Origin: Candidatus Saccharimonadota bacterium
Lineage (GTDB): Bacteria; Patescibacteriota; Gracilibacteria; BD1-5; UBA2023
NCBI GenBank assembly: GCA_042852035.1
Contig: BAAFHK010000001.1
Location: forward strand, 30,001-62,000
Direction of reading: 5' to 3'
Length of the DNA: 32,000 nucleotides
In this document: positions 1 through 11,563 of the stretch, one piece after another
Numbering within the stretch: the first letter of the stretch is position 1
Layout: each line of letters opens with the position of its first letter
Notes under the pieces: model-generated
Database searches by the model: none
What the model was told of the DNA's origin: nothing
The model's input: the letters and a program-made list of their open reading frames with translations, nothing else
Made by a program: the position numbers and the translations under genes

Positions 1-1
1 A

Positions 2-385
2 CTTACCTCTCAGGGTGATAGGCTTCTTAGGGGTGATTTGGTAGATGTATATTGACCGAATACTGTTGAATTCATGCATATCTTAGCAAGAAAGCAGCTC
101 ATAAAAGAAGGAAAATTGAGAGGGCAGATTGGGTATGAAGGCGTCCATCTTCCTCCAAAGTTTTCCAAGCTCACCTATGATGAAATCGTAGAAACCCTTC
201 TTTGGTATGCTGAGTACTCGAGTGATGAAGAACGAGAAGTTATTATGGAGTTTCTCCTCACTGATGGTCGATGTGGTGGATCATATAGGGAATTCAATGA
301 GAAAAATAGAAGAGTCCAAACAATCCTGACCCAGGTTTCGAATTCGCAAGTTGGGCAAAAATTCCCTAAGGATGATTCCTTATAA
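2..385 (+). CDS. hypothetical protein, 5'-truncated by the window edge
   Basis: The frame is open from nt 2, with one in-frame TGA at 53..55. It runs into track ORF 74..385 and stops at TAA 383..385, followed by a hairpin terminator. No family recognised. Confidence 0.5.
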
Positions 386-433
386 AATCTAAAATTTCTC
401 GTAGACGGAGAAATAAGAAAACGTGGTAACTCT

Positions 434-462
434 AAAAATCCCTCCACATCGGAGGGATTTTT
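434..462. terminator. bidirectional rho-independent terminator
   Basis: Perfect 12-bp stem aaaaatccctcc / ggagggattttt with loop acatc. A-run and T-run flanks sit between convergent CDS ends. The stop codon of the minus-strand gene lies in the 3' arm. Confidence 0.7.
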
Positions 463-1315
463 AATAAGTTGGATTTGGTTGCCAGACTCACTCGGGTTCA
501 TTGGGATTTGATTTATTTCAAAAAGCCTTTTTCTTATAGACAGGTATATCTCAGAGATGAGCAAGTATTTTTCCACGAACGACTCATTCATTTTCAGTTG
601 GGATGACATTCGCATAACGCTTCATGAGTTCTGGAGGGAGTGTTATCCTCGACATCACCGATACTTGCACCCCGATCATTGTTGGTTGAATTTGCATGCC
701 TACCACATCCATACCATGTTCTACTGGCAGCTCAGGAAATGGTTCTATAGGATCAATATGTCATTCAAATATAAGCTGACACTGAGTTTCTCCATTTTCT
801 CCTGGGACAAACTTCGGTACCGATATAAGTTTTCTCTCCTCTGTTTCTATATCGTTTTGTGCGAGGAGTGAGAGGAGTGATTTCCAGTGTTGGAACTTCG
901 TCATAAGTTCAGCTGCAATAATCCTATCCTGATCATGAGGAGAAAGGGTATTTGCAAGAGTAGTGTTTACAAGTTTTCGAGTGGTAAATCTTTGAAAAAG
1001 AGAGGGTTCTTTAATGACGACATGGTAGAGGAAACCTCACACCATTGAGAGTGACCTTTTTCGAATAGAGTCTTTTAGGCTTCGTGCTTCGAGGCTTTCA
1101 CTTGGGTCATCTTTAAGGATTGCCCACTCTTCAGGGGCTACTTTTTCTATCCATTTGACTGAGAGTTCTTTTGGTGACTGCCATACAGCACTATTGGTGA
1201 GACTAAATAGAACATCATATGTTCGAGAATATCATTTCCGAATACGGCCCCAAAGCCTATGAGCAGCCTCAGCATAGATTTCATGTTTTTTTTCTAATTC
1301 CGTTGGTGCATTCAT
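461..1315 (-). CDS. hypothetical protein (284 aa under table 25)
   Basis: ATG at 1315, TAA at 461..463. The minus frame was checked triplet by triplet with no TAA/TAG; 7 in-frame TGAs are read as Gly. It absorbs track ORF 175..615. No family recognised. Confidence 0.6.
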
Positions 1316-1478
1316 GAGACTTTTAAATAATTAGTGATAGATTCTTCAAGAAGATGTGAGGTCTAGAGTATCTCCTTCATATGGACTCAATTCTAAGAAT
1401 GTTTCGAATTCATAATTTTTATATATTAATAATTATATCATCATGTCAAATTTATTTTCATGAATATTGCTATGAGAT

Positions 1479-2309
1479 TTATTCTTCTCATTTTGGGATA
1501 TATCATCCTCAGAGATTTTTTGCATCGAGTCTTGGAACTACTATGGTTCGGAAAATAAATTCGAGTCGACGTTCTGGAGTATTGTATTTCTCAACTTGTA
1601 GAAGTGGGAATCATCGTAGAATTGCAGCGTCAATCCACTCGAGGAATTCAGCATAACTTGATAGGAGTATCCGAGATTTTTCTCTATTTGTTCCGTATCG
1701 GGCAATCTGAATCTGCGCCTCCTTCACTTCCCCTTCACTGTGAGCAAGTTCGGTTACTGCAAGGATTGCGAGAAAGAGTAGAGGAGGGGTATAGTTTTCA
1801 TCTCGAACAAATGAAGTGGCACTTACGTGGAGCTCAAGAAGTGGGTCAATAATTTCATAGTCATAGCCATGCTCTGAGTCAGGGCTTGACATAGGGATAG
1901 CTTCTGGAAAAAATCCTCTTTCATTCGAGAGAAGGTCCTGCTCAACATTATCAAAGTCAGCGGGATCTTCATCTTCCGTCTCTAGGATATACTGATGTTT
2001 TGCAGTGTAAGACAGAAGGTATTCCAAATAATCTTCTGTATCGGCATCTAGAGTGTCAGCCGTATATTTATAAAAATCAGCAACAGGGAGACTAATTTTA
2101 TCAGGAGTTTCATCTTCCTCGTTAAATGAGAGAACACAGAGGGTATCGCTTGGGAGAACAGGACCTTCTTTCCCTTGGAGCAAATAGAGAACCTTTTTCC
2201 TACTAAGAATATCAAAAAATAATCGAACTCTTGGATTCTCTGGGAGTCTCTCGGTGTGTACTCCGAGGACTTGAGAAAGTTCTATAATTGTAGTGGCTCT
2301 ACCAGCCAT
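1479..2309 (-). CDS. acidic hypothetical protein, paralogue A (276 aa)
   Basis: Track ORF 1611..2309 ends on TGA. Read-through continues across 3 more TGAs to TAA 1479..1481. It shares N-terminal GRA(T/V)..E and (D/G)(E/D)TP..ISL..DF motifs with the next gene. Confidence 0.6.
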
Positions 2310-2470
2310 ATGGGGAATAGTTCATGAACAAGCTCATCCATTATTTCATCAGTGATCTTTTTTTTCGACATTGGCGCGTGGGGTGAACTGAAGGACTTTC
2401 GAAGTCATTTTGCAAAATAGTATTAAAGAATTTTCTCTCTATGAGAGCTATCATTTCGAGCTCGTTATAT

Positions 2471-3343
2471 TTATTTCGAGAAAGGTAAAACCTGAGATTC
2501 ATTCACTTCTCGGCTGAGTGATCGATCGAGGTATGCTCCAATAATTTCAACTGTATCATCAAAATGTTGGAGAAGAGGATGGTTATCAAGAATTTCTGTG
2601 AGGCACGCGCCCTCAAGCTTGTCGTAAGAGATTCGAGTTACGTGAGTTCTATGAGTTTTATATGAATAGCGCATTATCTCCACTTGAGTTGATCCATCAT
2701 AACGCTTGCTACTATCTCCATGGGTTTGCTCAAGATAGGCGGCCACAAGATCGATGAGTCTTGCTTCAGGATGTCACTCGAGTACCATATCAGGATCAGC
2801 TGTGATGCCTTCTTCTTCAGGATCATATGTGGAGATAGAATAGAAATAATCTCAACTTACAAAAACTCTTTCACCGAGACATTCTAAAGACCATGCTTCA
2901 TCTTCGATATGATCCAGATGATCACTCGGAGAAAAATTCAAAGCCTCAAGATATATATGAATTCTCTGAAATATCTCTTCGAGGAATGGGAGAATTTCCT
3001 CGACTTTGTATGGAGGTTCTGTGAAATCTCCTTCTGTGAGGAGGTGAAGAAAGTCACCAAGACTTATCACGTAAGGAGTATCCCCTGGAGGTGCAACATA
3101 AAAAAGTATCGCAGTATTATCAATAACATCTGCCTCTATATGAAGTTCTACAGTACTTACTTTTTGAAGTCCTGCTAGGAATTCGCTTGAGCTCTGTTGT
3201 AGGGTTGCGACTTTTTTTGGATTAAGGGGGAGGCAATTTCTCAGAAGACTTTCCACTGTAGCAACCGCTCTTCAGGGTCATTTATCACCAATGACTGATT
3301 CTCTTCTGGCCTTTCAAAAATGTGGATAGACGACGTCATTCAT
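2471..3343 (-). CDS. acidic hypothetical protein, paralogue B (290 aa)
   Basis: Track ORFs 2852..3256 and 2471..2746 are in the same frame. The gap 2747..2851 has no TAA/TAG. The upstream extension reaches ATG 3341..3343. TAA at 2471..2473. 5 in-frame TGAs. Confidence 0.6.
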
Positions 3344-3395
3344 AATTATTGTGTGAGAATTTCTACTGGGGTCCGTGAGGTAGAGTATGAATTTT

Positions 3396-3478
3396 ATTAT
3401 AAATAATAAATTCCATTGTCAAAAATATTCTTAGAAATACCAAATCATTATTGACAATAAAATATAATTCTCTATTTT
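3396..3478. promoter_or_regulatory. divergent promoter region with mirrored TTGACA boxes
   Basis: Minus strand: TTGACA (plus 3417..3422) with TATAAT (plus 3396..3401), 15-nt spacer. Plus strand: TTGACA 3451..3456 with TATTTT 3473..3478, 16-nt spacer, only 6 nt before ATG 3485. The boxes are part of the 8-bp inverted repeat attgtcaa / ttgacaat. Confidence 0.35.
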
Positions 3479-3484
3479 ATATTA

Positions 3485-4303
3485 ATGTCAATAAGTCAAC
3501 ACAGATCAGTTTATGGGGCTCTTGAGTTCGATACATGAGGTATTGTTCATGCTGCACTCAAAATGAGAGATGCCCCTCTTTTGACTCCAACTGATTTAAA
3601 GCAATCCTGCATCATGGCTCACGATTATGTGACACAGGTGGCAAGAGTTCTTGATAAGCCAAGAACGGGTTGGACTCTTGCAGAGAGGCATATCGATAGT
3701 GATTCCCAAGAAACTATCTGAGCTCATCTTGTGAAGGTGTCTCTCGGAGTATGGCATCTTGTGGAAGGTCTTGTCCTCTGGCATCGAAAAAGGGGTGAGA
3801 CTCCCTCACGAGAACTTATGGAATTGTATGTTCATGTCTGAAGAAGGCTCCATCTCGTGAGGAAGGGATTTTTTCATGATTTTTCCGAATGGGGAAATCA
3901 TCGTGATTATCGACCAGGCGAATTATCTAAAGCAGAAAAACTGAGAAGAGAGACCCAAGCCCTTGAAGAATATAAAGATATAACAGGGGATAGTTATCCT
4001 CTTGGAATATTTCTCACCATCAAGGATCCAACACTTGAAAACACAATATTAGAAAATATAGATAAGACGGATCCTGCTATCATGGCATTGAATTATCAAA
4101 AAAACTTGCCTCAAGCAGAAGTGAGTGAATTTTTTCGGTCATCTTTTGATAAGATAAATCTCCCACTTGTGAGGGAAGTACTTGAGGCTCTCATACTCTA
4201 CAGAGATGATTATCCGAGTGATATGTTTTTACAGTATCTCATTCTTCTTCAGAATGGGTGAGATATTTGAAAGTGGAGGCGCATAATGGAGGAGCACCAA
4301 TAA
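3485..4303 (+). CDS. hypothetical protein (272 aa)
   Basis: ATG 3485 is the first ATG after in-frame TAA 3458..3460. The frame was verified through 5 TGAs into track ORF 3857..4261 and on to TAA 4301..4303. No family recognised. Confidence 0.55.
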
Positions 4304-4372
4304 TATGTTATATACCTAACAAGTATTTTTCGTAGAGTTGTTTTTCTTGAAGGAGTTTTTATACTCAGAGGT

Positions 4373-5182
4373 ATGTCGCATCATAATTTTAGATACAACA
4401 TCCTTCATCTTCTTTCGTTAGTATTTTTAGTGCTGACAGGGATATTTCTTATCGGACTTCAGTATCGGATCGAGGGGTGGGTACTGTATTTTTTTGGACT
4501 TTTTTCACTTATCTTTTCGCATAAGTCTTTCGCAAAATATTTTATACTTCTCTATGTAAGTATCGGGTTGCTTGGCATCACTCCTATAACCACAGACACA
4601 AGCCTCCAGCATATTGCTATCATGAGCATAACCCTTGGCCTTGCTCTACTCGTTCCATATCTTATGGTTCGATTTGTATATAAAGATGATACCATACGAT
4701 ATGGCGCATTTCTCACAAGAAGATGGACGACAGGGGAAAGAATATGGTTATGTTTTACATTTATAGTTGGGTATCTTCTTTTGCCATATTATCTCAGAGA
4801 TACTCTATCGTATTTGAATTGGACGGTGAAGCCAGGTTGGAGCGAGATTATGATTTTATTTCTTGGTACGAATGCGCTAGGTATCTGGGATGAACTTTTC
4901 TTTGTAAATACTGTTCTTCAGGTTCTTCGTCGATATTTCCCGTTTGTGATTGCCAACATTTCTCAGGCGCTTCTTTTTACTTCATTTCTTTATGAACTTG
5001 GATTTAGAGGGTGGTGACCAGTGATGATTTTTCCTTTTGCTCTCGCGCAGGGATATGTTTTCCGAGAAACAAAAAATCTTACCTATATAATTAGTCTACA
5101 TCTTGCGCTCGATTTCATTTTATTTCTCGCTCTCATCTACCTTCATAAACCAGATTGGTGGGTAAAGATATTCTTTTTCTAA
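4373..5182 (+). CDS. CPBP-family (CAAX protease/Abi-like) polytopic membrane protein, possibly degenerate
   Basis: Track ORF 4373..5017 plus read-through of TGA 5015..5017 to TAA 5180..5182. Multiple hydrophobic segments. WDELFF resembles CPBP motif 1 (EExxxR) and SLHLALDF resembles motif 3 (HxxxN/D). Motif 2 His is not obvious. Confidence 0.45.
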
Positions 5183-5337
5183 AGAAATTCTTCTTTGTTT
5201 TCCTTAAAGAATAGCTACGTTCTATTTATAAAAAAATTTACTATAGCGACCGGGGTATTTTTTATGATTTACATCTGAGAAATTTGGAGAAATCAGGAAA
5301 TAACGCTAGACTGTTTCTACTTCGTAATAAAACAAAT

Positions 5338-6510
5338 ATGAAAATTTCTTTTTTTCCAATCTCTTTTCTTTTGGGGCTTTCTTTTTTTATCGGGAATGTT
5401 TCTGCCGAATCACTTGAACATTTTGCTACAAATGACGGAAGGCATTTTTGTTCTGTCTTTATGAAAAGTGAATTTAAACCTTGTGAGGAATTCGGAGTGG
5501 TCTATGAGGGTGACCGAGTTGTAACAGGGAGTGAGCCAGGTTTTTCTGCAGGATTTCCGAGTATCGAAAAGGTTACTATTGGTAGTGAGGAATTTTGCGT
5601 CGAAGGATCACTTGATGCCCCTGGGCATGAGGTAGATATGGAGAAATGTAATTCCGCTTCTGAGAATACAACGGTACAAGAATATGAAGAAAATGGGGTA
5701 AAAGTACGAATAAAAATGTGAAATACTTCTCTTTCTGATTCTGAAGATACAGGCATAACTACTTCTGATTCCCTTCAGAATTCTTCTTCATCATCAGAGA
5801 ATTCTTGAATTACCGATGAGTCTCTCACTCCATCCGAATCTGAAGATATATCAGGAACAGGAGAGAGTTTTACTCCTTCAGAGAGAGCCATAGCAGTTCC
5901 AGTATCTCATACTGAGAAGCCACAATTTACTCCCATCAAGGAAATTAAAGGAAGTTGTAAAGTGAATGGTCAAGAAGTTGACTGCGAGCAAGTGGCAAAT
6001 GAAGTAAAAGCAGTGGCAAAAGCTGGATTGGGTATACTCGGTATGGTTCTTATCTTTGGTTTTATTTTTAGTATTTTCTGGATTTGGATGTTGGCACATG
6101 CGCTTATGAATCCTATACCAAACAAGACACTCTGGATACTTGCTATTTTCTTTCTCTCTCCATTTGGAGCAATTATCTACTTCTTTGCAGTGAAAAAGAA
6201 TTTTCAGCCCCAAAATTCTTACAACCAATACCCACAGACAACTCATCTTCCCCCAACTCAAGTCAATCCAACACCCTGAGTAACTCAAGTTCCTACTGAA
6301 ATGAATACAATGCCGATTATTACTCCTGTTGTAGCTCCGAGTATTCAAACAAGTACTTACTTATCTGAATCAAACCTGGGAGTTCAGTCTTCTTTCCAGA
6401 GCGGATCAGTATCACCAGAGACTACTTCGACTTGACTACATGATTCTCAAACCTCAGCCTGAGATATATCTTCTTCAACTCCTTGAAATACTACTGAAAA
6501 TCAGGGGTAG
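5338..6510 (+). CDS. signal-peptide protein with Ser/Glu-rich linker and C-terminal PLDc_N-type transmembrane domain (390 aa)
   Basis: ATG 5338 gives MKISFFPISFLLGLSFFIGNVSA. The frame was verified across TGAs (5719, 5806, 6277 and others) to TAG 6508..6510, joining track ORFs 5284..5721 and 5962..6279. IFWIWMLAHAL...KTLWILAIFFLSPFGAIIYFF matches the PLD-nuclease N-terminal (PLDc_N) two-helix motif. Confidence 0.6.
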
Positions 6511-6531
6511 TTGCTCTAAGATTTCTTAAAA

Positions 6532-6563
6532 ATGATGAAACCTAATGGTTTCATCATTTTTTT
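6532..6563 (+). terminator. rho-independent terminator
   Basis: Stem atgatgaaacc / ggtttcatcat, loop taat, followed by tttttt. Confidence 0.7.
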
Positions 6564-6639
6564 AGAAAAATGTCACACTTTCTTTTTTTCGTCGTCTTTT
6601 TATAATGAACGAAAGAGTTCTATCTTTACCTTACTTTTT

Positions 6640-7992
6640 ATGAAAAAATATATTTTTCTCCTCTGACTTTTTGCCTTTCCGGTATTTGCTTCAGCTTCTG
6701 ACATAGTCGTATGTACTATGGAATATGCTCCAGTATGTGGTCAACCCCCTATGCCATTATGTCCAACAGGGATGGCATGTATTCAATCATTTCCAGCTCC
6801 GAAGACATATTCCAATACTTGTATGATGAAAGCAGATAATGCGGCGCTCATTCATACTGGAGAATGTGAATCAGTAAACACTCCAAAAGCTTGTACCAAA
6901 GAATATATGCCAGTATGTGGCATGAAGCAGGTGCAGTGTTTTACTACACCATGTAATCCTATCCGAACTGATTATGGAAATCGGTGCATGGCTGAGGCAG
7001 ATGGGGCGACAGATATTACATATGGAACCTGTCAGATGAGCGAAGGAAATCCTCCAGTTGTATGAGGCGATAAAGACAAATATGGATGTATCCCATCAGC
7101 AGGATACACTTGGGATGAATCACTGAAGTCATGTATCCGTCCTTGGGAATACCAAGACAAGGTTGATTGGGCATATAATAAAAAAATCACGAAATATACT
7201 TCGATAAATGAGTTTAAGTATGGAAATATACTTACTCGACAAGAAGCAGCAGCTTTTATTACGCGATATCTCATCGAAGGTCTTGGTCGATCAGAAGCTC
7301 TCTGTAAACTTTCTTATAAAGATTTAAGCAGTATAGATACAAGTCTTACGCCTTCTATAAGTCGTGCTTGTGGACTTGGAGTTATGCTTTGAGATAGATG
7401 ATACTTTCATCCTCGACGTGGACTCACTCGTGCCGAAGCACTCGCTGTGCTTATACGCGCAATTGATCAAAAAAGACGGGATGAATCGCTTTTTCCATGG
7501 TATCAGAACTATATAACACGAGCAAATGAACTCGGTCTTTCTCTCCCAAATAAGCCAGAAAATTTCAATCAATTTATCACTCGAGGTGAGTTTATTGAAT
7601 GGCTCAAGACTCTTTCTGAAAACCAGACTTGAACTAACGATACGACACTTTTAGGTGATTGGAAGCTCGAGGGATATACAGATGCAAAAGGAAAAGAGTA
7701 TAGCGTAAGCCCGACAACGCTTACATTTACGGCGAATCGTTTTAGTGCGAAGTTTTGTAATAGTATAAGTGGAGAATATAGTGCAAAGGATGGAATGATT
7801 ACCGCTAAATCAGTTATGAGCACTATGATGGCATGTGCCGATGATACTCTGACGATGCTTGAGGGAGCCTTTGATCTCGACTGAGCAACATATTCTGTTA
7901 TGATAGCAAGTGTCATGCCGTGATACACTGGACCAACAATGTGGGTGAATATTCGAACATCCGCCGGTGCAACATACAGATTTGGCCGATAG
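6640..7992 (+). CDS. secreted multidomain protein: 2x Kazal-type inhibitor domain + SLH-like repeats + META/HslJ domain (450 aa)
   Basis: Signal peptide MKKYIFLLGLFAFPVFASA. Two Kazal signatures: YAPVCG...TYSNTCMMKADNAALIHTGEC and YMPVCG...DYGNRCMAEADGATDITYGTC. SLH-like LTRQEAAAFITRYL, G-D-R-G-YFHPRRGLTRAEALAVLIRAI and ITRGEFIEWL. META-like WKLEGY...LTFTANRFSAKFCNSISGEY...STMMAC. The frame was verified to TAG 7990..7992, joining track ORFs 6718..7065 and 7447..7632. Confidence 0.7.
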
Positions 7993-8051
7993 AGAAAGTT
8001 TGGAAATGCGGAGAATTTCCCTATAATTTATCTATCTTTTTTCTCCAAAAT

Positions 8052-8336
8052 ATGCCACAAATGTCACGAGATGATTTTACTGATAAAGTCCAAGAATATA
8101 TCAAAAGGATTAATCAGATTGCTGAAGAGCAGGGATACTCTGTAATGATGGCATATTATATTGCCTGAGATGAAACATCCCCCGATGACTTTATTATTGA
8201 TTGGAGAAATATGAGCCTCAATGATAACCTCTATGCTCTTTCACGATGGAACCAAGATATTATGAATAACTTTGATGAAGGAGCTCTTGAGGATGGGAAA
8301 GAAAGATGGGGAAGAGGTGATTTTACCAATCAATAA
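8052..8336 (+). CDS. small hypothetical protein (94 aa)
   Basis: ATG 8052 (MPQMSRDDF), one in-frame TGA at 8166..8168, TAA 8334..8336. The upstream part of track ORF 7920..8168 overlaps the preceding gene and starts on GTG. Confidence 0.45.
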
Positions 8337-8343
8337 CTCGGTA

Positions 8344-8371
8344 TTGACAAAAAATAACTATTTTATATAGT
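8344..8371 (+). promoter_or_regulatory. candidate sigma70-type promoter of the giant-ORF pair (possibly leaderless)
   Basis: TTGACA 8344..8349, 16-nt spacer, TATAGT 8366..8371. ATG 8379 lies 7 nt after the -10 box. Confidence 0.35.
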
Positions 8372-8378
8372 TATTTTT

Positions 8379-11300
8379 ATGTCTAGAAATGATATAAGTC
8401 AAGCAGAACTTGAAGATCTTGAACTAATCTGTCGATCACTCGAAGAAGAATGAGTGCTTGATGGACTTGTTCAGGGTGTTGATTGAGTTCGCAGAGAGGC
8501 ATTCAAAAGGATTGAACTTACCCTTTCAAAGTCTCAAGAATCAAATCCTCGAGTAAAAGAAAATTTTCCATTTCTTCTCTATCGTCTTTGAGATGTACTT
8601 TGAGCTGTTCATTTTGTCCTTTCAGAAATCGAAACTTACTGAATCCGAGACGTCCCGCGAATTGTGGATACATTTAAACTCGCCGTAGAATGATATGAGC
8701 AGCTTCAATGAGTCGAGCCATCTGAATCAGAACTTGTTACCGAAAGGGATAATGCGCAACTTCGGGAGCTTTCTCTCGGACTCAATCGGATTCTCTCATT
8801 TTTGCCCTCTGATCTTCCAGATTCGTTTCGACTCCGCTCTCTCTATGCTTCAAAAATAGAGAAAAATGAAAAATCAGCGAGTGATATATATGAGGATTTT
8901 TTCCGGAGTAAAGAACAAAAAACAGTCGAAGATTATAAAGAGAGTGCGAAACTTCTGGAGCTCCAATGAAGACTTGAAGAATCCTTCAATCGACTTCGTG
9001 ACGGATGTGACATGAGCAAGGATTACTCTCTTTTTGAGCAGTATATCCGTATGGCTCTCATATTTCTCCCCGAAGAAGTTGCGAGAGAGATTTTTGATTT
9101 TTCCCGACCACCGAAGTATCCCTACCCATTCAGTTTTCATAGAGGATGAATTACTTCATTTACAGAACTTCGCGAATTGAGATCGGTTGTATGATATTTC
9201 GAGAAGCATCTTACTGATAATACATGATATGCGATATATTTTGAAGCATCTAATGCATTTTGTAATCATTTAATCGAAGGTGCATCACAATATGCAGTAA
9301 AGAAGGATTTTTCATGAGAGATGAAACTGGATGATGATCTTAAGAAATACTTTCGAGTTTTACTTGAGGCGCTCGAAACGCAGTTATTTTATTTGCGTGA
9401 TTTTACCCATCTCAATCATTATCTTGCGATTATTGATACTCTAAAAGATACTCCAGAGGGTCAGACATTTCTTTTTGAATATTTTACTGATACATCGCTT
9501 TCACCTTCGCCAAAAGAACAAGTTGAGCTTACGAAGGATAGAATTGAGCGCTGTGGGACTTCGCTTTCAACTTTTGATGAGGATGTTGGATGACTCTATA
9601 CGCCCATAACTGGATCAAATGCTCTTGAGAATGGATTTATGTCGGAACTTTCTTATCGGTATGTCTTGCTTGCAAAGTATATTTATGGAACCAATGGAAC
9701 GAATGAGGTGAATTCATGAGGAGGTGAGACATCATGAACTCTTTCCAAAGAATCCTATACACTTGAGGGAATGCGGGATTCACTTGATGGGATGAGTCAT
9801 TCACTCGTGAAATATGGGAGTGAAATTGAGGATTTTCGGCTTCGTCAGTGAGCCCGTGAACAATTTCTCTCCCGAACATGAATTGAGGTTGCGACAGAAT
9901 TCCAGGAGTTTAGAGAGGCATTGATTTTAAAATATGGAATAACTCTGATTCATGTCATTAAAACTGAAGCAATGGATGAAGATTACACTTGATCTTCAGC
10001 TCCGCATATATGTCTTGCTCATCCAGAGCTCAGTCTTTATTTCTATACGGAGAGAATTCTTGCTGGATATGAAGAAAATTTTAGTGAATCTATCGCAGAA
10101 ATATATGGAGATCATAAGTGGATGTATCTCCCTCATCGTCATATTCTGTTTTTTGCGGAGATGTTGCTTGCAAATAGTCGACCGAGTGAGGCAATCTTAA
10201 TTCTTTCTCGTTATCCTGATTCTGCCGTAAATCTCGATGCCTTGAATTGTATGATTCGATCAATTGCCCGTATTCGTGCGAGTAAAAATACTGAATTACT
10301 TGATACAACACTGGCAGAACTTGATAATTTTGCTTCGAAGATGAGCGGACATGAAACCTTCGAATCTCTCCTCCTCACCCTCACTCAGAGTTATAGTGAG
10401 GATCTTGATGCTGCAGAGACGAGCCAAGAGAGTTCAGAAGACGAGAAAGAACAGATTAAAACCGATCTTGCTCTTTCATCATATCTGTTTGGGGCAACTC
10501 TTCGATATTCTGCCCCTTCTGAAGCCCTTCACTATCTAGAAGTTGCAAGATGATATGGGAGTATCGAGGCGCTTGTAGAAATCGCAGAAATAGATCTCGA
10601 GAAAGGGACGGGTGATCCTGAGAATATTATCGATGGATTTGAGGGGCAGATGGATGGTATAACATGAGAAACATATTTGCGAGTTCTTCGTGCTATTATA
10701 CGAGCAGGTGCAAAAATTATAGAGAGTGATGAAGATTCTCAGATAAAAGAAAAAGCAAAAAATGCCATACATCATGCCATTCAAGCTGCTCGAAATGAAT
10801 CTGATCCAAATATTCTATGATGTGCAGTGGAGGCATTTCTTGGGAATCCCGTTACTCGGAGGTATTTTTATTCATACTTTGCAAGCGTAAGTGATGATGA
10901 TATACTTGCTCTTGATAAGAAAGAGTTAGAGTCTATAAGAGATGCCTGTCAGAAAGATCTTTCGATACAAGATCTTCCAATTGCCCTGAAAATGGCAATT
11001 ATCTATGCCAAAGTTCGACTCTCAACCATCAGCGAATCTTCCTTTACTCTCTCTACTTGGTGAGAATTCCTTCGAGCCCTAGAAGATGGACTTCCAGAGC
11101 TCGATAGTCCAAAATGACAGATAAGTGTTACTGCCTTTGCAGAAATAATTTATCAAAATATTTCCATGGAAAGCGTTTCTGAAAATGCTGTTCTTTCACT
11201 TCATGCATTTGCCTGTGATATTCATAGAGATGCTGTTGTAACGATAAAAGATGAATGTGTAGCAGATAAAAAGATAAAAAATAAAGAAAGGTATAAAGAG

Positions 11301-11558
11301 CTTCTTGGAATTCATGCCTCACTTCTTGAAGTTATTCTGAGAGTTTTCTCAAATTTCAAAGAAGCAAAAGAGCTTCTGGTCGAAGCGCCATCAAGTGATG
11401 ATGAAGAGAATACCATGTCACATCGGAGTATTTTTGAATATTGGCAGAGAAGATACTATGATGTTGTTACTACTAAAGCATATTATGAGGCTCATGAGAG
11501 CCTGAAAGATTCAGTACCAATTCGCACTCTCGGATCAGAAAGCGTGTTAATCCATTAG
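8379..11558 (+). CDS. giant hypothetical protein 1 (1059 aa), probably helical, function unknown
   Basis: The frame was verified codon by codon from ATG 8379 to TAG 11556..11558 with no TAA/TAG. It joins track ORFs 9321..9593, 10122..10553, 10827..11063 and 11166..11558 across many TGAs. Acidic patches (ETSQESSEDEKEQ). No catalytic motif recognised. Confidence 0.75.
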
Positions 11559-11563
11559 AATTC

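Noticed and set aside
175-871. Track ORFs 175..615 (-) and 557..871 (+).
   Set aside because: 175..615 is only a TGA-bounded piece of the longer table-25 CDS 461..1315. 557..871 is antisense to that CDS and has an odd, low-complexity composition.
1381-1852. Plus-strand track ORFs 1381..1656 and 1604..1852.
   Set aside because: They are antisense to, or overlap, the 3' end of the table-25 CDS 1479..2309. Low-complexity composition.
5878-6348. 156-aa minus-strand track ORF.
   Set aside because: It is antisense to the PLDc_N-domain CDS, whose transmembrane motif is recognisable on the plus strand.
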